A stretch of 28,795 nucleotides of DNA from Spongospora subterranea f. sp. subterranea (lineage: Eukaryota), in the NCBI GenBank assembly GCA_049724395.1, contig JAUGWO010000123.1:62001-90795 (forward strand), read 5' to 3'. The notes under the pieces are model-generated. The model searched no databases. It was not told where the DNA came from and worked only from the letters and a program-made list of their open reading frames with translations. Below, piece by piece: positions 23,669 to 28,795 of this stretch; within the stretch, counting starts at the first letter, position 1, and every line of letters begins with the position of its first letter. The position numbers and the translations under genes are program-made.

Positions 23669-24085
23669 CTACCTCTGTTCAGAGTTAGTAGTCCGATTTG
23701 CCCAGTTTCTCAAGATTTTTGTCCGAACATACCGCAGAGACTGAATTTAATTAGATCTTTTCACGAGGTTTCTTTTTTATACTGTTCGTCCACTTTTAAG
23801 CATTGGAAACCTGCGCTATAACTCGCTGAAAACTCCTTTTTCGCGGTTAGTTCTTTTTTTTTCGCTGATGGCGTAATATTCTCGTGACGACCTTGACAAC
23901 TGGATGGTTAGAGAGTACGCGTCAAGTCGAATCATGTGATATGTTGAATGTGCCAGAATGCCACATTTGACGGTTTTAGCGCGCGTTTCGGTGTCACTCA
24001 TTGTGAATTGTGATCTCATCGTAGTTCATTAGCGTATTGTTTTCTCCAGAATTTTGAAGTGGACTATAATTTTGAACAAACAAAA
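23669..24085. mobile_element. Stowaway-like MITE with interrupted or degenerate right end
   Basis: TA then ctacctctgttcagagttagtagtcc at 23669. An imperfect inverted copy ggactataattttgaaca lies at 24061-24078 and is followed by the TA into which the mariner inserted. Confidence 0.55.
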
Positions 24086-24189
24086 TACTCCCTCCGTTCG
24101 GATTTAATGGGCGCATTGTTTTTTTTGCGAGATTAAGGTCAAATCATTGAAATCAACTCAAAAAACACCGTGAGCAGGCTATAAATAAA

Positions 24190-24942
24190 GAGTCCCCTGA
24201 TTTTAGTGTGTACACACTCATTACACACTCAGAGGCCGCGCACAATTACACACTCAAATCTATTTTTGCTACTGCATATAGAGTACAGTTTACACACTCA
24301 ATGAGTACCGCACGTAGTTACCTTCAAAAAGTTACACACTCAAGCTCATATTCCACTGCAATGACCGAAATACAAAGCTTTCTGGTCAGGTTGTGTCAGA
24401 TGGCTTTGCAGGCTTCGTCTGGCCCACCTTCTGGATGCAACAAAGCTATATCTCGAGATGCCCAGAGGTTGTTAGTGACCAAGGTCACGAATGTAAAGCT
24501 TTATTGGAAGCAGAAGCTCTCCTTCCATTGTGACATGGAATGCATCCAGTCGATTCACCCACAAGAATTGCGCATTAAGGCTCTTAACTTAATAAAATGA
24601 TTAACGTTGTGATCTTTGTGCCATTGTAGATGCACAGATCTAAATTCTATGCGAAAATTCACGTATATGCAATGATAGCTGGTTAACAAGGTAAATGACG
24701 GGTAAGGTGAGTTGATTTGCATGATGCCAGTGAAGTTTTGTCTTCGCTATTCCATCGTAGAAGAGCACGCCGCCTTTGACATAAACGTGACAACAGAAAG
24801 CTCCGTTTTGAGTGTGTACTTTCCACGGTGGCTCTCCGGATTCGTACTCATATATGCAGTAGCGATTTCAGATTTGAGTGTGTAAATGTGCGTGGCCTCT
24901 GAGTGTGTAATGAGTGTGTACACACTAAAACATAGGCTATCC
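24190..24942. mobile_element. Non-autonomous Mutator/MULE-like element nested in the mariner 5' region
   Basis: About 85-100-bp imperfect TIRs (ttttagtgtgtacacactcattacacactcagaggcc... at 24201, inverse ending 24930) with internal acacactc sub-repeats. A 9-bp direct repeat ataaataaa flanks it at 24181-24189 and 24943-24951. Termini are G...C. Confidence 0.82.
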
Positions 24943-25073
24943 ATAAATAAAGGTTTTTGCACTGGCTTTCCAAGCCTGTAACAATCATTTTTGGCGGGCT
25001 CACCGTCGGTGAGATATGTTTTCCCGAGTGCTGCTAGTTTTAAGGACAATATTTGGAGTACCGGTTTGCATCA

Positions 25074-26418
25074 ATGGAAGACAATGGGAACTTGGACAAC
25101 AGAAGGATTGGTTCTAAGGGCAAAGAACTGACTCCTGAACAACGGCGAAATGTTTACGAGTTTATGCTTGAACGCACGGTTGATGGAAACCTCCGGTATG
25201 GCGCTATGAAAGCTGCTGCAACCGAGTTCTTGATAACGCGGAAGGTTGTTTCGAATATCTGGTCACAAGGACGGAAATCGAAAGAACACGGATCCATCGC
25301 AACTGACTTTACAAGTCGCAAGATTGGAGAGGTCGGACGGAAACGAAATGCCATAGGTTCAGCTGAGATTCAAGCGATCCCCTTGAAGCCTCGGTGCAAC
25401 ATTCGATCGATGGCGCATGCATTAAACATTGGGGTGGCCACTTTGCATGGTCGTATCAAGGAGGGGATTGTAAAGCCGAACACTAATGCTGTGAAGCCTT
25501 TCCTGACCGACGCCAACAAAAAAGCTCGACTCGAGTATTGCTTGTCAATGTTGGATCAAGGAAGTGTTGCTCTTGGTGCCCCACACTTCCAGGATATGTA
25601 TGATCACGTTCATGTCGACGAGAAGTGGTTCAATATCTCCAAGACGTCTGCCAGGTACTACTTGGCCGCTGATGAAGAACCGCCACACCGTACTTGCAAA
25701 AGCAAGAGATTCATTACTAAGGTTATGTCTCTTGCCGCTGTTGCTAAACCTAGATGGGATTCAGCCAGGAATCAATGGTTTAACGGAAAAATTGGGATCT
25801 GGTCGTTTGTCTACCCAAGAACCTGCCAAGCGAGGAAGTAAAAACAGACCAGCAGGCACTTTGGTAACCAAAAATATTGAATCTGTCAACAAAATCCAGT
25901 ACTCCAAAATGATGATTGAAAAAGTTATTCCAGCGATTCGCAGTAAATGGCCCAATTCCGTTCAAAGCGCGACCGTTGGGATACAACAGGACAATGCCAA
26001 GCCGCATATTACCCCATTGGATACTGCCTTCAACCAGGCAGTCAAGGCGACGGGCATGAATATTCGCTTGACATGTCAGCCACCAAACAGTCCTGACACT
26101 AACGTTCTTGACCTTGGTTTTTTCAATGCAATCCAGGCTTTGCAACACACTAAAGCATTGAATTCTATCGATGAACACATTGCTGCCGTTGATGAAGCTT
26201 TCCACGAGCTCGATAAGGATACATTGAAGAAAGTGTTCTTAACTCATCACTCGTGCATGAACGAAACTATGAAATGCGGAGGTGGAAAAAATTATCGGAT
26301 CCCACACGTAAACAAGGATCATTTAATCAAGCAGTGTCGACTGCCCGAGTACATATGCTGCGCAACAGAGACAATTGAGGCAGCGAAGCAGGCAACTTGT
26401 AACCCAATTGTTCAATAA
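25074..26418 (+). pseudogene. DD39D mariner transposase with one +1 frameshift at ~25812
   Basis: HVDEKWF, KSKRFITKVM-LAAVAKPR, QQDNAKPH and QPPNSPDTNVLDLGFF are present, with 39 residues counted between the second and third catalytic Asp. ORFs 25053-25841 and 25564-26418 join if one base is removed in tttgtc(t)acccaagaa. Confidence 0.93.
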
Positions 26419-26608
26419 AGAGTCAGAATAAGTGCTCGGGCAGTCGACATTGTCTGATTATATGATTTTTCTTTTAATGTGAGATTTTATAGAGTACATC
26501 GTCTCACCTGCTCATTGGATTGTGCCATTCATGCACAATGCTCCCATTATTTCCGAACAAAAATCCGCGCACAATGTTCCCAATAAAATCCGAACGGAGG
26601 GAGGACTA

Positions 26609-26718
26609 CAGTAATTGAAAACGACGTAGCGGGAAATCTTTCTGTCCGCCGGGCGCCATAGCCCTGTGTGACCCCGACTGGCGGATGGAAAAGCTTCTGT
26701 CCGCCAGTAGGGTGACTG
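26609..26718. mobile_element. Possible 110-bp Tc1/pogo-type mini element or element end
   Basis: TA-CAGT...ACTG-TA ends, two copies of ttctgtccgcc, and a hairpin actggcgga...tccgccagt (26677-26708). TIR similarity is only a few bases long. Confidence 0.3.
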
Positions 26719-26827
26719 TAGCAAGGTTGCGCACAACCGATCACAATGTAAAAGAACAATGAGAAACTCATCAGGGCCCAGTTGAAACTTGTCTTTGAGT
26801 TTGTTCTGGTAGTCCACTGATACAGCG

Positions 26828-27611
26828 CGAAAGTGTTGCCTCTACGCTTTCAATTGACTGTTGACCATCAACACTAATACGGGATGCTTCACGGTTTGAA
26901 CTCGTGCTCGGGTTCCAATCCTTGAAAGCACTCAGCAAACCCAAACACAATGTGGACTTGAACTGAACTGCTAAGCTTCTGGAAGATTTGTCACCAAACT
27001 GGTGGGCGTTTCTGTTATCGGGCACGAGATTCTCGAGAAGGTCTGCTGGCGGCAAAATTTCCAAATCAATAGGAATTGGATTAGGATCGATAAGACAGTT
27101 GAGGTTCTCGCCCTTTTGGCTCAACTGTTGAGACTCGATATTGATATGGGACGCGTCAATTTTCGAACCCGGGCTCGAGTGCCATTCCTAAAACGCACTT
27201 AACAAGCCGATTCTCCATTTGAAGATGAGCTGAACGGCAACATTCAACGAAGAAAATTCCCCAAACGGGTCGAAAGCCAACTCCTACAAGGAATTGCCTT
27301 GCAGCTAATCTGACGCCCATGGCAAAACCTCGAATTCTGAAAACGGCAACTTTGAATATCGTCATGGGGCATTGCCCACCCCTGCGACGACGACATGGTG
27401 TCCTGCAAGGGCCAATGATCTCAGAATTATTCAATTCTTTGGAGCGACATTCCGCCATCCATACCGATAAAGTCGAGGAGGCGATTCTTGTGGCGGCATT
27501 GGCCTGACCTGAGCCAAGCAGTTCGCCCCAACCATGACCAACTTCGGTTGTCTCAGATAGAATTGGTCTGGTCGCCACAAGAAACAGCGCCACCAAAATG
27601 AGGAAACGCAT
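26828..27611 (-). pseudogene. Truncated, inverted paralogue of the 20941 secreted-protein gene (exons 1-4)
   Basis: MRFLILVALFLVATRPILSETTEVGHGWGELLGSGQ aligns to MRVLELLGLLLLATRPTRSVTLELGHDWSEHLGSGQ. SQKGENL.CLID.N.IPID and DWNPSTSSNR are shared, and the intron sequences are conserved. Exon 2 is frameshifted with TTG>TAG, exon 4 has a 1-nt deletion, and clear homology ends at acactttcg. Confidence 0.85.
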
Positions 27612-27747
27612 TTGAGGAATGGGGCAGAAGAAGCGTTCAAATTCAGTCACGGAATTATTTAGAGTTGTCCGCGGAAAACTATCTTTTTTTGTCAGCCGGC
27701 GGACAGAATCCCGTGATAGAATTTCGCGCGACAGCTACGGACATTTT

Positions 27748-28165
27748 CAACTGTCGACAGGCTGACCCAGTCAGATATCATATTTTCAGCTGTCGACAGC
27801 TGGCCCAGTCAGATATCATATTTTCAGCTGTCGACAGCTGGCCCAGTCAGATATCATACTTTTAGCTGTCGACAGCTGGCCCAGTCAGATATCATACTTT
27901 CAGTTGTCGACAGCTGGCCCAGTCAGATATCATACTTTCAGTTGTCGACAGCTGGCCCAGTCAGATATCATACTTTCAGTTGTCGACAGCTGGTCCAGTC
28001 AGATATCGACAGCTGGTCCAGTCAGATATCATACTTTTAGCTGTCGACAGCTGGCCCAGTCAGATATCATACTTTCAGTTGTCGACAGCTGGCCCAGTCA
28101 GATATCATACTTTCAGTTGTCGACAGTTGGCCCAGTCAAAAATCATAATTTTCAGCCGTCGACTT
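27748..28165. repeat. 38-bp tandem array, about 11 copies, with a 16-bp palindrome per unit
   Basis: Consensus cagytgtcgacagctggcccagtcagatatcatayttt. Units start at 27748, 27787, 27825, 27863, 27901, 27939, 27977 and onward, with one partial (23-bp) re-duplication near 28007. Confidence 0.97.
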
Positions 28166-28313
28166 CCGACCCGACCAGATTTGGTTTTGACTGTCGTTAT
28201 TATATACATTCAGGCTTGCCAGATATTTTCCTTGTCATGTTCCATGGTGCAGCAAAGGTCAAGTTGTTGAGAAACTTCAGACCAAGGCCGGATATATGAG
28301 CTTGACTATATAA

Positions 28314-28746
28314 GGTCATAGACCAATCCAGGACCTGCTAAGAATCCAGTGTTTATCAAAACTATTATGCGGATGGTCGTCGAAAAAAACAGCTGTACTG
28401 ACTGGTCAATCGATAGTTCAATAATCACTGGTGCTAAATCCAGCCTGGATGATGTGAAGAGTTTCCCCTGATTCACTGAGGTCGGCAACTTTTCAAAACA
28501 AAATACAGGAGGTGTTTATTGTCACAATGGCTGCTGCTAGGGCAGATTGGCCCACCTTCTGCGATAGAAACTGTTCGACTGCGAACTCAACTTGAAAAGG
28601 ATCCATTACGTTTTTGAGTTATTTGAATATACTTTATATATTCCAATATTTTCAAGCACGTAACTAGACATCGGTTTTCGACTGTCATCCGCATAATAGT
28701 TTTAATAAACAGTGGATTCGTAGCAGGACCTCGATTGGTCAGGACC
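28314..28746. mobile_element. Unclassified ~433-bp MITE with ~75-bp TIRs
   Basis: ggtcatagaccaatccaggacctgctaagaatccagtgtttatcaaaactattatgcggatggtcgtcgaaaa at 28314 has an imperfect reverse complement ending at 28746. Flanked by atataa at 28308-28313 and 28747-28752. Confidence 0.85.
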
Positions 28747-28795
28747 ATATAAGAATAATGTTATATAAGCCAAGAAATTGCTCATGAATTTATTA

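Larger units (their letters stand above)
24088..26603 (+). mobile_element. Tc1/mariner DD39D (plant-mariner type) transposon with Stowaway-type TIRs
   Basis: Left TIR ctccctccgttcggattt follows TA at 24088. The right TIR aaatccgaacggagggag ends at 26603 (18 bp perfect, ~33 bp imperfect). A sub-terminal TIR copy sits at ~26536-26559. The element encloses a transposase. The right flank is GA, not TA. Confidence 0.92.

Noticed and set aside
24208..25049. Two similar ORFs on opposite strands (YTLITHSEA...)
   Set aside because: They are translations of the two TIRs of the MULE-like element.
25053..26603. Fanzor/TnpB-type RNA-guided nuclease cargo in the mariner
   Set aside because: No RuvC or zinc-finger ORF; only ~185 bp lie between the transposase stop and the right TIR.
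27748..28165. CRISPR array (38-bp palindromic repeats)
   Set aside because: Units are contiguous with no unique spacers, there are no cas genes, and the context is eukaryotic.
27665..28299. Repetitive ORFs (STAGPVRYHTFSCRQLAQSDII...)
   Set aside because: By-products of the 38-bp array: the unit is not a multiple of 3 and the ORFs lack ATG starts.

Overview
Eukaryotic genomic DNA, not prokaryotic: genes are split by many short GT-AG introns (often about 50-60 nt). A TTC23-like gene suggests a flagellated protist; a phytomyxid- or oomycete-like parasite is plausible, but the organism cannot be fixed from this window. The left two-thirds (about 2-18.4 kb) is a housekeeping block: peroxisomal-type 3-ketoacyl-CoA thiolase (+), an orphan membrane ORF (-), a TTC23-like TPR protein (+), an M3 oligopeptidase (-) and an ISWI/SNF2 remodeller (-), with a 175-bp tandem duplication and a 23-bp higher-order minisatellite between genes. 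The right third (about 18.9-28.8 kb) is repeat-rich. It holds a decayed Ty1/copia element and a reconstructed 7-exon, ~650-aa gene. That protein has a signal peptide, three copies of a Cys/Trp-Gly module I do not recognise, and a basic C-terminus, making it a candidate nucleus-targeted effector and the best novelty candidate. Also present are an inverted pseudogenised paralogue of its 5' half, a nested transposon stack (Stowaway-like MITE, DD39D mariner, MULE-like insert in a TATA-like motif), a 38-bp palindromic tandem array and a long-TIR MITE with an apparent 6-bp TSD. All gene models were spliced by eye and need RNA-seq confirmation.
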